Translations under genes and position numbers: made by a program | Shown: positions 16,499-32,407 of the stretch, in pieces | Position numbering within the stretch: the first letter of the stretch is position 1 | How the letters are laid out: each line of letters starts with the position of its first letter | Origin: Octopus sinensis | Lineage: Eukaryota | Length of the DNA stretch: 64,000 bases | Direction: 5' to 3' | Assembly (NCBI RefSeq): GCF_006345805.1 | Contig: NC_043002.1 | Coordinates: 116,188,001 to 116,252,000 of the forward strand | The notes under the pieces: generated by a model | Seen by the model: only the letters and a program-made list of their open reading frames with translations | Told to the model about the DNA's origin: nothing | The model's database searches: none

Positions 16499-16643
16499 TG
16501 TGTGTGTGTATGAGTGTGTGTGTGTTGTATACAAATGCAGTCCAATAATGGCTTCTAAGTCACTGTCAAAATGAAAACTGCTTTTTATTATAACGTAAAA
16601 GCAAGCGTTAATACACACACACACGCACACACACACACACACA

Positions 16644-16699
<56 letters not shown>

Positions 16700-16792
16700 G
16701 GGGTTTGTATGATTGTGTATAGAAGAATATATTACTCAAAGGAATTCCAACTCTGTTTTTCACGTTTTATTCATAATCTTATAATATTGATA

Positions 16793-17712
16793 TCTATATA
16801 TATAAAACTGTAGTTGTGTGAGTGTCTGTTCCCCTTCGATTTAGATTCCTAACTACTCCCACATTTTGCGGTACAGTTTAACCAAATTCGGGTATCTTAT
16901 AGTCGTGATTCATATCAAGCTCGTCTGGGTATTAGCGCGCGTCTACGATGAGTCTACGATTTAAAAAATAATTTAACATCATTTTTTATTCCATTTTAAT
17001 GCATATTTTTTCGTGTGTCGATGGTGGCGGAGTTGGCGTCCACGCTCACACCTGCACCTGTGTTGCTTCTCCCCCTTCTTCCCTCCCTCGTGAAGCTGTG
17101 GGGAAGGGAGTGTAAGGAAATCAACGTCGTAATGCGTTGTCAAGGAGACCAGCGTTCTTTTAGAACAACGACTTCATGGCTTGAAGTCGCCAAAACAGAA
17201 ATCGCTAAAAAAGCTGAAACAGATCCACAAAAACAGCAATTACCGCCACACAGGGCAGGTTTCCTGTGCAAACAATTTGCACAACCGAATGTTTTAGTTG
17301 TTGCACAAATCTTTATATATAAAAGTAAGGTTGTGTGTCTGTCTGTCTCCTACGATTTAGATTCCTAACTACTCCCACATTTTGCGGTGCAGTGTAACCA
17401 AAACCGGGTATCTTATAGTCGTGATTCATATCGAGCTCTTCTGGGTATTAGCGCGCGTCTACGATGAGTCTACGATTTAAAAAAAAAATTACCATAATTT
17501 TTTATTCCATTTTAATGCATTTTTCGCTATTATATAAGGGAAGTAACTCTCTAAAAATGTTTTCGATGAGTCAACGATTTAAAAAAAAATTACCATCATT
17601 TTTTATTCCATTTTTAATGCATTTTTTTGCTAATTTTTTGCTATAACTCACTAAAAATGCTTATATAGTTATTTCCCTTACAAACCCGAGCAACGCCGGG
17701 CGATACTGCTAG
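16793..17712 (+). mobile_element. Non-autonomous Helitron (composite, two 5' termini)
   Basis: A|TC start at 16793; 3' hairpin CCCGAGCAACGCCGGG then CTAG|T at 17709-17713; no TSD; a second TC-start block begins at 17310. Confidence 0.85.
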
Positions 17713-17799
17713 TAGGATATAAAATAATATAGTAAAAAGAAATGAAATGGAGTATTAATTGTCTATTCTTATTGAACAAATGAAATATTAAATGTCCAT

Positions 17800-18310
17800 T
17801 CATATTGAACTTTCTTCCATTTATGCAGTCTTCAGGTTCATATGGTTGTGATGACAGTTGTGGCCATTGGTTACAGCTGTGGCTGACTGGTTAAATTTTA
17901 TCCTTTATATACATTCCTGTGGATAGAAGTAGTAGTTGCTCGCCTAGTTTTAGAAATGATGACAGCAGTACCTTTTAGAGATTTTTAATTTTTAGATATG
18001 AGGATAAGACTTTTAAACCTTAAATAAGATCATTTTTTTATCATTGTTTATTAAGCTTGGATTTGAATTTATTAATAAAGTCCTTCTCTCTCAGTTTTCT
18101 CTCGATTTCATTCGGATTGTATAGTTTATGAAATGGAAATATCAGAAATATTTTCCGACCGCATGTTGCTAGGTGGTTACTCAACGGTATTTGGCAGACT
18201 TCTGGATTTTAATTTGCTGTCGGTGCACACGTGTGCGTTCTGATAGTGCATTGCCTGTTTAGCTAACATACAGTTCTTCACAATTCAGGCATTTGGTGCA
18301 GTAGATTAAA
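17800..18310 (-). mobile_element. Penelope-like element, GIY-YIG end and terminal region
   Basis: Minus translation KCLNCEELYVS*TGNALSERTRVHRQQI...PLSNHLATCG; a hammerhead-like CTGAAGA..GAAA relic lies at ~17805-17840. Confidence 0.65.
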
Positions 18311-18322
18311 TTTCTGCTTTTG

Positions 18323-18733
18323 CGGATCTTCAGTAGTTTTTTCTAGCGGTGTCATATGAAATTGTCACCCATAATTATGACCCTAGTATCGATCTATTGC
18401 ATTTCAATCTATTTTAGGGTTAGAGTTAGAGGTGGGAGGGGGAAGGGTATCTTTTTTTCTTCACAAATGTAAATAAACCCAATCTGGTTCTTAAACGAGG
18501 GACATATTCATACGGCACAGAATGTTTATAACTTCAATACACGTCATTGATTGGTTGAAATTGCAGAAATTGAAGAAAAAAATCAACAAATATCTTACAA
18601 ACTATAGAATTTTCTCAATAAAGCCAAGAGAAAAAGATGTTCTATAAACACATTCTACCAGTATACGAAGTTTAAAATTGTTTAGTTGCCTAGAAATTAT
18701 GTTAAAAACTGCCGTTCAAACCGAAAAGATCCG
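18323..18733. mobile_element. MITE with short TIRs and 2-bp TSD (CMC/EnSpm-like)
   Basis: TG|CGGATCTT ... AAGATCCG|TG; contains a telomere-like TTAGGGTTAGAGTTAGAGG stretch at ~18414-18432. Confidence 0.6.
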
Positions 18734-18735
18734 TG

Positions 18736-19012
18736 GAAAATACGCATGTTGTAGGCAATGAGGAGAGTTGGCGTGATATCAGTAGTAATTGGCGCGCTTT
18801 GAAGTATCAGCACTCAACTACCAGCATGGTTCAAAAAGATTGGTAGAAATATGTAAAGATAGAAAACCTACAAAACTCACTGTTGCTTGGAACTGCAAGA
18901 GTTCTCCGCAGTTTTTGAAGCATGATCAGTAAACAAGTGTCACTTTAGTCTGCTGGCTGAGAACTTTCCATCACACAGAGCAAAATAAGCGGAGAGTTTT
19001 CATTAAATAACA
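18736..19012 (+). mobile_element. 3' end of a further RLE element ending in TAA repeats
   Basis: VISVVIGAL...ENLQNSLLLGTARVLR, then a short UTR and AATAACAATAGTAATAAT. Confidence 0.65.
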
Positions 19013-19024
19013 ATAGTAATAATC

Positions 19025-19232
19025 CTTTCTACTATAGGCACAAGGCCTAAAATTTTGGGGAGGGGACTAGTCAATTACATTGACCCCAGTGTTTCGCTGG
19101 TACTTAATTTATCAACTCTGAAAGGATGAAAGGCAAAGTCGATTTCGGCAGAATTTGAACTCAGAACGTAGCGACGGGCAAAATACCGCTAAGAATTTCG
19201 CCCAGAGTGCAACGATTCTGCCGATCGCCGCC

Positions 19233-19267
<35 letters not shown>

Positions 19268-19455
19268 GGTTTCAAATTTTGTCACAAAGCCAGCAATTTC
19301 GGGAGAGGGGCTAAGTCGGATACATCGACTGGTACTTATTTTATCGACTCCAAAAAGATGAAAGGCAAAATTAACCTTGGCGGAATTTGAACTTAGGACG
19401 AAAAGCTGCTAAACATTTTTCCTGGCATGCTAACGATTCTGTCAGCTCGCCACCT
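19025..19455 (-). mobile_element. Two tandem SINE family A copies separated by (TAC)n
   Basis: GAAAGGATGAAAGGCAAAGTCGA...GGAATTTGAAC...CTCGCC, the reverse complement of the 43797 copy, present twice. Confidence 0.85.
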
Positions 19456-19462
19456 AATAATG

Positions 19463-19517
<55 letters not shown>

Positions 19518-21334
19518 GGGGTATTAGGGCTATGCAGAATAATAAATTCTGCATAGCCCTAATACACCATACAAGTGAATTAAACAGAACAGGGTATGGG
19601 TATAAAATTGCCAATAAAAAAATAAGCCATCTATTTTATATGGATGACTTAAAACTTTATGGTAAAGACAATAATGAACTTGAAGGCCTATTGCGCATGT
19701 GAAAGCATTCAGCGATGACATCGGGATGGAGTTTGGACTTGAGAAGTGTGCCAAGGCCACTTTCCAGAAAGGGAAAGTGAAGACCACAAATTCAGTCGTG
19801 TTAGATGTTGACACAGTCATAAGAGAGCTTGAGCAAGAACAAACATACAAATATTTAGGGATAAATGAAGGCATGCAAGCATGAAAGAGAAAATCAGGAA
19901 GGAATGTTATAGGAGAGTTCGTGCAGTCTTGAAATCTGAACTAAATGCACGTAACAAGGTGTTAGCTATAAATTCCTTAGCAGTTCCAGTTGTTACTTAT
20001 AGCTACAATGTGTTGAACTGGAATATGAGTGAAGTAAAGAATATAGATAGAAAATACGCAAGCTGCTGAGTTGTAATAGGATGCCCCACCCAAAGGCAGA
20101 CGTAGATCGCCTTTACCTTCCCAGAGCCCAAGGAGGTCGAGGCCTGATCCAATTTGAACTAGCTTACAAAACACACAATTGGACTGGCCAAATATCTCGA
20201 AATATCGAATGACTGGATGCTAAAGCTCGTGGAAAATCACGAGAGACGAAAGAAGCTTCATTCTATCATAAAGGAAAGCAAAAAATTGCTACTGATCTCG
20301 TGCAGGATACCCAAAATGAACAACCCGAGGGAAGTACGCAACTATTGTTGCAAAGAAGGTGAAAATGATGGCAATGAAAAAAGCGCACGAGCAATTGGCT
20401 GATAGGTGGGAGGAGAAACCTCTGCACGGCAAATATGTGATCCGCAGCAAACAAGCTGATGTTGACCAGAAGCAAACCCATCAGTGGCTACGGAGCTCAG
20501 GGCTAAAAGCAGAGAGCGAAGGTTTCATCCTGGCTGCTCAAGATCAAAGCCTATTAACCCGGAACTACCAGGCCAATGTGATGAAAAATGGAGCAGACCC
20601 AAAATGCCGATTCTGCAACGACATGATTGAAACAGTGGACCATCTAATCTCTGGATGTAAAGTCTTAGCACCAGTGGAGTATAAATTTAAGACATGACAG
20701 ATTTGGCCATATCTCCACTGGCTAAAAAGTCGGCATTACAATATCAAAACTGCCGACAAGTGGTATAATCACCACCTGAGGCGTAACTGAAGGAGAAAAT
20801 GTAACCATTCTGTGGGACTTTCCAGTACATACAGACCGAACCATCAAGGCCAATAACCAGATATTGTTGTGAAAGACCAAAACAATAAAGTTTGCTTATT
20901 GATCGACATGAGCATCCCCTGTGATCATAATATCTCAGCGAAAGAGTTTGACAAGCTCAGAAAATATAAAGACCTACTCATTGAAATTGAGAAATGTGGC
21001 ATCTCAAGGCGGTTACAATACCAGTGATCGTAGGAGCACTAGGAATGATCAAGAAGGGAACCGAAAATTATATGAGAATGATCCCTGGCTTACCATCCCT
21101 GCAAGAAGTGCAAAAGATTGTCTTAACTGGTACATCACACGTATTGAGAAGAGCATTGTCGATGTGAGAACTGTTGCTGCTCATGTATTTTAATTTAACT
21201 TTGAAAAAAAAAGAAAAATGAACGAACTACTGAGTTTGGTTTAATGGCCTACCAATTATACTATGAGTTTCTTGCCCTAGGAGTCGGGAAGACACTCGGC
21301 AAGAAATGGAACAAATTTGAAAGAAGAAAAAAAA
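19518..21334 (+). mobile_element. Dong/R4-clade RLE retrotransposon (RT + CCHC + RLE), 5'-truncated and frameshifted, within (TAA)n
   Basis: ISHLFYMDDLKLYG, GMEFGLEKCA, YKYLG, LYLPRAQGGRGL, AAQDQSLLTRNY, CRFC..ETVDHLISGC, PDIVV; (AAT)n on both sides. Confidence 0.92.
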
Positions 21335-21397
<63 letters not shown>

Positions 21398-21544
21398 TGA
21401 TAATGAGTTGTCTTTTAATTTTTATAATGTTATGTGTTTGTAATATGTGATTCCTCCTTGCGTCCTTTTCCACTGTTGGTCTGATTTGAAATATATACTG
21501 TTGTTCAGAATAATTACAACAACAGATGTTGCTGGAAAGCAGAG

Positions 21545-22230
21545 GTGAGATTGGAAAGGAACACTGAAAAAAATGCTGAGAACCAAGCTTTGGCCACGAA
21601 CTGGAGGGTCAACCCCAAAAATGAGCAAGTGTCTCCGCTGTGCCGCATCTGTAACAGAGTAGACGAAACCATTGCCCATGTCGCGAACGAATGCTCTAGA
21701 CTTGCCCAAAACCATTACAAGTTGTGGGGACACGACCAGGTAGCGAACGTGCTACATTGGAAATTGTGTGGAACATGGGAGCTAGGGAGAGGCAAGACAT
21801 GGTGGAGTCGGTGGCTAGCAAAATCCTCTTGGATTTCCTAATCCAAACAGATCAGGTGCTAGAGCATAACAGACCGGACCTAGTGGCAGTCGACATATAT
21901 AGCACCACATGTGCTATATAGTTGATGTTGCGTGCTCTTTTGACTCACGAATAGTCAAGAAGCAAAGCGAAAAAATAGATAAATACAACCACGAAATATG
22001 GAAAATGAAGAAGGCGAAGATAGGTCCTTGGGGATAGTATCAAGAGAAATATAAAGGAAATCGGAATGGAGTGTCGAGTAGAAGTATTATAAAAGGTTTG
22101 CCTCCTTGGCACGGCCAGAATAATCAGGAAATTATTATAGTTGAAAAGAACGGGTAGCATTGTACCGTAGGCTGCAGGCAGCAAGCCCGCTGCGCATGCA
22201 AGCACCAGGAATTCCAACAAACCTGTGATA
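21545..22230 (+). mobile_element. RLE retrotransposon 3' fragment (same family as 9997-11050, without the SINE)
   Basis: AENQALATNW, CRICNRVDETIAHVANEC, NRPDLVAVD; shared 3' UTR GTACCGTAGGCTGCAGGCAGCAAGCCCGC; runs into TAA repeats. Confidence 0.85.
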
Positions 22231-23082
22231 ATAAGAAGAATAATAATACATAAAATAATAATAATAATAATAATAATAATAATCATAATAATATAGTAAT
22301 AAGAATAATTAGTAATAATAATAATAAAATAATTAATATAATAATAATAATAATATATATAGTAATAATAATAATAAGTAATAATAAAATGAATAATAGT
22401 AATAAATAATAGTAATAATAATAATAATAATAATAATATAATAATAATCGTAGATAATAATAATACTGAAAATAGCTAAGAATAATAATTAATAATTAAT
22501 GAGTAATAATAATAATAGTAATAATAATATAATAATAATAGTAATAATAATAATAATTGATAATAATGAATAGTAAATAATATAATAGTATAATAATATA
22601 ATTATATAATAATAGTAATATAAGAATAATAATAATAATAATCATAATAATAATAATAGTAATAATAATAATAGTAATAATAATATAATAATATTAATAT
22701 ATATAATATAATAATAATAATAATATAATAAAATGAATAATAATAATAGTAATAATAATAATAATACATAATAATAATAGTAAATAATAATAATATATAA
22801 TAATAATAATGATAATGTAGAATAATAATAGTAATAATAATAATAATAATAAGAGTAATAATAATAATAGTAATAAATATAATAATAGTAATAATAATAA
22901 TAATAATAGTAATAAATAATAAGAATAATAATAATAAGAATATAATAATAGTAATAATAATAATAATAATATAGTAATAATAATAATAGTAATAATAATA
23001 ATAATAATAATAGTAAATTAATTAATAAGTATAATAATATAATAATAATAATAAATAATAATAAAATAATAGAATAATAATA

Positions 23083-23121
<39 letters not shown>

Positions 23122-23238
23122 GTAATAGAAATAAAGTAATATAATAATAATAGAATAGTAATAATAATAAGTAATAATAATAATAAGAATAATAGTATAT
23201 AATAATAGTAATAATTATAATAATAAGTTAATAATAAT

Positions 23239-23276
<38 letters not shown>

Positions 23277-23467
23277 GTAATAATAAAATAGAATAATAAT
23301 AATAATAATAATAATAATAGTATAATAATAATAGTATAATAATAATAATAATAATAGTAAAATAATAATAATAATGAATAATAATAATAGTATAATAATA
23401 ATAATAATAATAAATAGTATAATAATAATAGTAATAATAATAATAGTAATAATAATAAATAATAATA

Positions 23468-23506
<39 letters not shown>

Positions 23507-23641
23507 GTAATAATAATAATAGTAATAATAATAATAATAATAAATAATCATAGTAATAATAATAATAGTAATAATAATAATAATAATAATAGTAATAATA
23601 ATAATAATAATAATAGTAATAATAGTAATAATAATAATAAT
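22230..23641 (+). repeat. Degenerate (AAT)n/(AGT) tract
   Basis: Seen directly; many single-base indels. Confidence 0.95.
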
Positions 23642-23779
23642 GTGCCTACAATCATATCAAAACAAAATCAACATGGAAAAATAATCTAGTATTATTTAGG
23701 AGAAGCATCGTTTAGCAGTAATAGTAGCAGCAATGTTAATGATCGTAGTGTTATTGGTACTAATGGTCGTGTTAGTGAC

Positions 23780-26750
23780 TGTATTAGCCAAGCAGCAAGT
23801 TGAACCAATGATAGCAATATATTGATAGTATCAATATATTGATACTCGGAGATCGTAAAATTTGATTGTTTCTTACTGACACATGTGCTTATATATTCAC
23901 CGAGGCCTCTTTGTCTGTACTATTGTGTTGAAATATGTTGTTTGTGTAGAGTCATTCGTAGCCTTAAGGACATCCCTATTTTATATAGTTTTTGCTTTTA
24001 ATTTTGAAAATGTCGCCCTTTAAAAAAACGATCTCCGATTCTTCTGATAAATTTAAATATATACCACAGCTGGACTGTCTTTATTTTCTTTTACAGCCGG
24101 TTCTGTTGTTATTGCGTATAGTATGGCACTAGTTAATATTTTCATTGATTTGAGTTGTCTTTATTTTTATAATGTTATGTGTTTGTAAAATGTGATCCAT
24201 CCTTGCGTCCTTTTCCACTGTTGGCCTGATTTGAAATATATATTGCTGTTCTGATTGTTTTTAGGATTGTAGGTAGAGATACATGGCAAAACTTTCTTTG
24301 CTTTGTTGGATATTCATTTTCTTCACTCGTTGTATTCTATTATCTGTTAAGGAGATTAAAATTTTCCTGTCGATTCACTTGAAGTCCTAAATGTCGCGAT
24401 ATTTTCATCGGAAACTATTATGCAGATTCTTTTGGCTAAATTATAAGAGAAATCTTACTCTGCTATGTCTCAAATGATACTGAATTGTAACAAATAAATA
24501 TCATTGAGAGTCGGTAGCTTTGTGGTATATAATGTCTTACTATATCGGTCGTTGATTTCCTTCCTTAAAGATGTTTGGTTTTTTGGTAGGATTCCATTTT
24601 GACTGTATAATTTTCGTTTATTTCATTGCATAGCTATTTAATCTTTCATTTGTCGTATAATAGTATTGCTTTGCAGTATTATTATTTTAGCTTTTGAAAA
24701 GAAAATTTTCTGTCGAGCACTGAAGTCATAAATGTCGCGAATATTTTCATCGGAAACTATTATGCAGATTCTTTTGGCTAAATTATAAGAGAAATCTACT
24801 ATGCTATGTCTCAGATGATACGAATTGTAAAATAAATATCATTTAGAGTCGGTAGCTTTGTGGTATATAATTCTTACTATATTCGGTCGTTGATTTCCTT
24901 CCTTAAGATGTTTGTTTTGGTTGGATTCCATTGTGAACTGTATATTTTCGTTTATTTCATTGAGTAGTATTTTAAATTCTTTCAGTTTGTCGATAATAGT
25001 TGCTTTGCAGTATTAATTTTAGCTTTTCAATGATTTATTCCTTTTCCATACATTGCGGTAGTTCAGCTGTATAGTTAACTAACCAGAATTTAATGATTTC
25101 AGCGCAATAATCATGAGGGAGTATGTATATAGATTCACAACATCGAAATATACAGAGTTTGCCCATTAACTGCTTCGGGAAGTTGATTTAACAAATCTAA
25201 CTCTTATTTGAGGAATTGTCTAAAGAAGACGTCTAAAATGTCACTCAAGCTTGGTGGGGTTGCCGGTTTAGTCGCCGACGACCCGACCATGCAACAGGAT
25301 GTACTGGGTTACATGTTACCAGTAGCACTCGAAAAAGTTTCACATACTGGATAAGCTATTATTAATTTTAATTTCAAATTATTTGCCGCCAAATAATTAT
25401 ATTAATTAAATATATTATTTGTCGTTAATATATATTAATGTCAGTAGTTTCTCTACAGGCTCCACTTGTTTTTGCGTTTGTGAACTTAGAGAAATAAAAG
25501 GCTGGATATATATTTAAACTTATATCTGTACTTTGTCAGTGTGCCGCTTCAGTGCTCGATCATTGATACTATAAGGTTTCTCATTATTTTCTGTTAGTTA
25601 TGATTTTGAATCTTTTCGTAGTATTTATTGTTTTCTTGCATAGATTACACAATATTCTTGTTGCATTCTTATCCTTGAAGATACAGGATTGTTACTTTGT
25701 TATCATATTTTTCACCTGGTTACATTGTCCCATTCAGTGAGGCTGAAGTTTGATTTGACTTTTTGTTTGCATGTGTGTTCATGTGAATAATTTAAAATGT
25801 AGCCACAAGGATCATCAAAGGTTTTGTTCCCAAATTTTGCCGAAGTATAGTTGCTTTTGTTCTTTATTGTTGATTCATTACCGTTATTCCTATCTCATAG
25901 CTCTTCTGCGACTTGCAATTTTCTGCATAGTTTTAAAATGGTATCTTTAATTTCATAGTCTTTTCGGGGTTTATGTAAATCTAAGTCCTTTGGATAATTT
26001 GTCATGTGTACTTTCTTTGATAAATTTATGATTCTTATTGTTTGGTATGCCGAGTGTTTCTGTTGCTCTGCACAGGATTTTATTATAATTGGGTTTATTT
26101 AAGTTATATGTGTACCTTCTATTGTTATAATTTACGGTGTAGTTTTGTTGTTCGGGATTGTTGGATATCTTTTCGATTTTTGGTTCGTTGGCGAGTTTCG
26201 GGAAGATCTCGCCAGTTATTTCTACTGTAGGAAGAAAGTTGTAATGTCACATCGAAAGTAAGTTTTTTTCTTGGTTTATTTCTACTTTGTGAGGTAATTC
26301 TCTTACTGATTCTTTTACTGATTTGAGGACTGATAAGATTGGTCTTTTATTATCATATTGTTCAGATCAAATCTCATTTTGTTTTCTGGTTATTTTTACA
26401 GCACTTTGGTATTTGTGATTTTCTTTCCTTCAGGAAAAACTTGTTGCAAACGTGTTCCCTTTTGAGTTCGATTTTGTATATTTTTCTAAACAGTCACCGT
26501 TTTTAGCTAATGTTAGAGAGTTCAGTTTTTCCGCTTTACATTCTTCTTTGTGGACTGATTAACCTCAAAACAAAGCATCGACGATCAATATGGTTAGGAA
26601 TTTGCTGCTGGCACCAAGCAATTTTCTTGGTTAACTTCTTTTCTTTTTTTTCCCCCATTATATCCAAGAATTTGGTCTGGCACATGGGACGCACTCCATT
26701 TACATCATTGCTAATGATTGTTTCAAACTCTCGTAGCTACTCTTCACAAA
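23780..26750 (-). mobile_element. Penelope-like element, decayed and internally deleted
   Basis: Minus strand: INLSKK...KGLRFT.TPK (N-terminal, ~25960-26030), YNLAKRICIIVSDENI (~24400-24450), and GIY-YIG-like SLRLRMTLHKQHI..YRQ (~23900-23990). Boundaries are approximate. Confidence 0.7.
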
Positions 26751-26811
26751 CTTTCAAAACAATATGTATACATATATACTTCTCTCTTCTTCTTTGTCTG
26801 TCTGCCCCCCC

Positions 26812-26854
<43 letters not shown>

Positions 26855-28040
26855 CATCTATATATTCGCATAAAGTGATGTTTAACACACGTGTGAGCGC
26901 ATTCGGACATAATAAGACCTTTCGCTGCGAAAGGTCCTATTATATCCTTGAGAAAATTTTAGATATGTGTGAAAACATATTTTGTGCGTGATTGCGCGCG
27001 CGTGTGAGTGTATGTGCGTGTGCATGTGTGTGTGTGTGTGTGCGTGCGCGCGCATGTGTGTGTGCTGAGAATGACGCCATTCATTCTAGTTATTTCGCTC
27101 GCAGTATCCTGATCCACAAATTATGTTTCCGTACATGGCTGGGTGGAGAATTTCCTTCTGGGACTATTTATGCAGCAAAATACACTCGAACATGTTAAGT
27201 ATAACTTGGCACAAGCATGTTTTATTCAACGCTGTTTCGTGCGACATTAATTAATATGCATGTATATATGTATGTATCATGTATGTATGCATGCATAAGA
27301 ATTGCCTATAGGTTCTAAATTAGACGATAATTAATATGATAGTTAATAAAACTCTTACTTTAAAAATTAAAACTTTGAAGTTAGGAGCAAAGGTCATGAA
27401 AAGTAACTTAAACCTACCAAACATGCGCAGATGATATATTCTGCATGCAATGAGTCCCAGTACAGACAACAAACATACATGTGTTAAAGGAATCAAAATT
27501 CTTTATGAAAGGATATTATTCATGTGAATAATATAGAAGCACAAATGGAATAAAATGAATTCAATGTCTATATTATTCGTAAAAAATAACTTTTCTCACA
27601 TCTATTGCATTTATATAAAGGCCATTTGAACTTCCGACACATTTAAGTTTTTAAAACACAAAAATCAATTTTCATTTATAGAAAATACACAAGCGAAAAC
27701 AATTTCCTATATTTATATGCATACAAAATCAATTTCCTGAGTTTATATACATAGTCACATGCATAAATAGGCAAGGGATACCAACATAGAATACGATTAG
27801 TAGTAATTTTCTTCCTACTACCACTTGAATATATACACAGCCATTCTCCTGTTTTTCCTTTTTCATTACAAAACCATTTTCTTCTCTTGTAAGCATACAC
27901 TATTATTAATAAACGTGTTTCAAAGTTATCAAAGAAAGTTACATAACTAATGACCTTTCCACTGAAGAAAGATGTGCCCGGTGCAAAAGTTCAGCTACTT
28001 TGGTGCAGAACTGTGACCTACATCTTGGAGCATAGAGAAA

Positions 28041-28124
28041 TACAGACATACATACAAACATACATACATACATACATACATACATACATACATACATACA
28101 TACCTACATACATACATACATACA

Positions 28125-28156
<32 letters not shown>

Positions 28157-28657
28157 CATACTACATACATACATACATACACACACACACCTACATACAT
28201 ACATACATACATACATACACACAGACAGACATACATACATACAAACTACATACATACAAACATACATACATACATACATACATACATACATACAAACATA
28301 CATACATACACACATACATACATACATACATACATACATACACACATACATACATACATACATACATACATACACACACATACATACATACCTACATACA
28401 TACATACATACATACATACATACATACATACATACACACATACATACATACATACATACATACATACACACACACATACATACATACATACATACATACA
28501 TACATACATACATACAAACATACATACATACACACATACATACATACATACACACATACATACATACATACATACATACATACACACACACATACATACA
28601 TACCTACATACATACATACATACATACATACATACATACATACATACACACATACAT

Positions 28658-28688
<31 letters not shown>

Positions 28689-29258
28689 TACATACATACA
28701 TACATACATACATACATACATACATACATCATACATACATACAACTACATACATACAAACATACATACATACATACACACATACATACATACATAACATA
28801 CATACATACACACACACATACATACATACATACACACACATACATACATACATACATACATACATACTCATCATACATACATACATACATACATACATAC
28901 AAACATACATACATACATACATACACACATACATACATACATACATACATACATACATACATACATACATACATACATACATACATACATACATACATAC
29001 ATACATACACACATACATACATACATACATCACATACATACACATACATACATACATACATACATACATACATACATACATACATACACACATACATACA
29101 TACATACATACATACATACACACACACATACATACATACATACAAACATACATACATACATACACACATACATACATACATACATACATACATACATACA
29201 TACATACATACATACATACACACATATACATACATACATACACACATACATACATACA

Positions 29259-29290
<32 letters not shown>

Positions 29291-29868
29291 CATACATACA
29301 TACATACATACATACATACCATACATACATACATACATACATACATACACACACACATACATACATACATACATACATACATACATACATACATACATAC
29401 ATACACACACACATACATACATACATACATACATACATACATACATACACACATACATACATACATACATACATACATACACACATACATACATACATAC
29501 ATACATACATCACACACACAACATACATACATACATACATACATACACACACATACATACATACATACATACATACATACATACATACATACACACATAC
29601 ATACATACATACATACATGCATACATACATTCACACATACATACGTACATACATACATACATTCATACATACATACATACATACATACATGAATACATAC
29701 ATACATACATACATACATGAATACATACATACATACATACATACATGAATACATACATACATACATACATACATACATACATACATACATACATACATAC
29801 ATACATACACACACACATACATACATACATACATACATACATACACACACATACATACATACATACAC

Positions 29869-29901
<33 letters not shown>

Positions 29902-32375
29902 TACATACATACATACATACATACACACATACATACATACATACATACAAACATACATACATACATACATACATACATGAATACATACATACATACATAC
30001 ATACATACATACATACATACATACATACACACATACATACATACATACACACATACATACATACATACATACATACATACACACACATACATACATACAT
30101 ACATACATACATACATACATACACACACACATACATACATACATACATACATACATACACACATACATACATACATACACACATACATACATACATACAT
30201 ACATACATACAACACATACATACATACATACATACATACATACATACACACACATACATACATACATACATACATACATACACACATACATACATACATA
30301 CACACATACATACATACATACATACATACATACACACACACATACATACATACATACATACATACATACACACACATACATACATACATACACACACATA
30401 CATACATACATACATACACACACACATACATACATACATACATACATACACACATACATACATACATACATACATACATACATACATACATACATACATA
30501 CATACATACATACATACATACATACATACATACATACATACACACATACATACATACATACATACATACACACACACATACATACATACATACATACATA
30601 CATACACACACATACATACATACATACATACATACATACATACATACACATACATACATACATACAAACATACATACATACATACATACATACATACATA
30701 CATACATACACACATACATACATACATACATACAAACATACATACATACATACATACATACATGCATACATACATTCACACATACATACGTACATACATA
30801 CATACATTCATACATACATGAATACATACATACATACATACATACATGAATACATACATACATACATACATACATGAATACATACATACATACATACATA
30901 CATACATACATACATACATACATACATACGTACATACATACATGAATACATACATACATACATACATACATACATACATACATACATACATGAATACATA
31001 CATACATACATACAAACATACATACATACATACATACATACATACATACATACATACATACACATACATACAAACATACATACATACATACATACATACA
31101 TACATACATACATACGTACATACATACATGAATACATACATACATACATACATACATACATACATACATACATACATACATACATACATAAATACATACA
31201 TACATACATACATACATACATACAAATACATACATACATACATACATACATACATACATACATACATACATACATACATACAACATACATACATACATAC
31301 ATACATACATACACACACATACATACATACATACAATACATACATACATACATACATACATACATACATACATACATACATACATACATACATACATACA
31401 TACATACATACACATACATACATACATACATACATACATACATACATACATACATACATACATACATACATACTACATACATACATACATACATACATAC
31501 ATACATACATACATACATACATACATACATACATACATACATACATACATACATACACATACATACATACAAATACATACATACATACATACATACATAC
31601 ATACACATACATACATGAATACATACATACATACATACATACATACATACATGAATACATACATACAAACATACATACATACATACATACATACATACAT
31701 ACATACATACATACATACAAACATACATACATACATACATACATACAAACATACATACATACATACAAACATACATACATACATACATACATACAAACAT
31801 ACATACATACATACAAACATACATACATACATACATACATACATACATACATACATACATACATACATACATACATACAACATACATACATACATACAAA
31901 CATACATACATACATACAAACATACATACATACATACATACATACATACATACAAACATACATACATACATACAACATACATACATACATACATACATAC
32001 ATACATACATACATACATACAAACATACATACATACATACATACATACATACATACATACATACATACATACATTACATACATACATACATACATACATA
32101 CAAAATACATACATACATACATACATACATACATACATACATACATACATACAAATACATACATACATACATACATACATACATACATACATACATACAT
32201 ACATACATACATACATACATACATACATACATACATACATCATACATACATACATACATACATACATACATACATACATACATACATACATACTACATAC
32301 ATACAAACATACATACATACATACAACATACATACATACATACATACATACAAACATACATACATACACAAAACA

Positions 32376-32407
<32 letters not shown>

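Noticed and set aside
18414-18432. Telomeric TTAGGG-like repeat
   Set aside because: Only about three degenerate units inside a MITE; not an interstitial telomere array.
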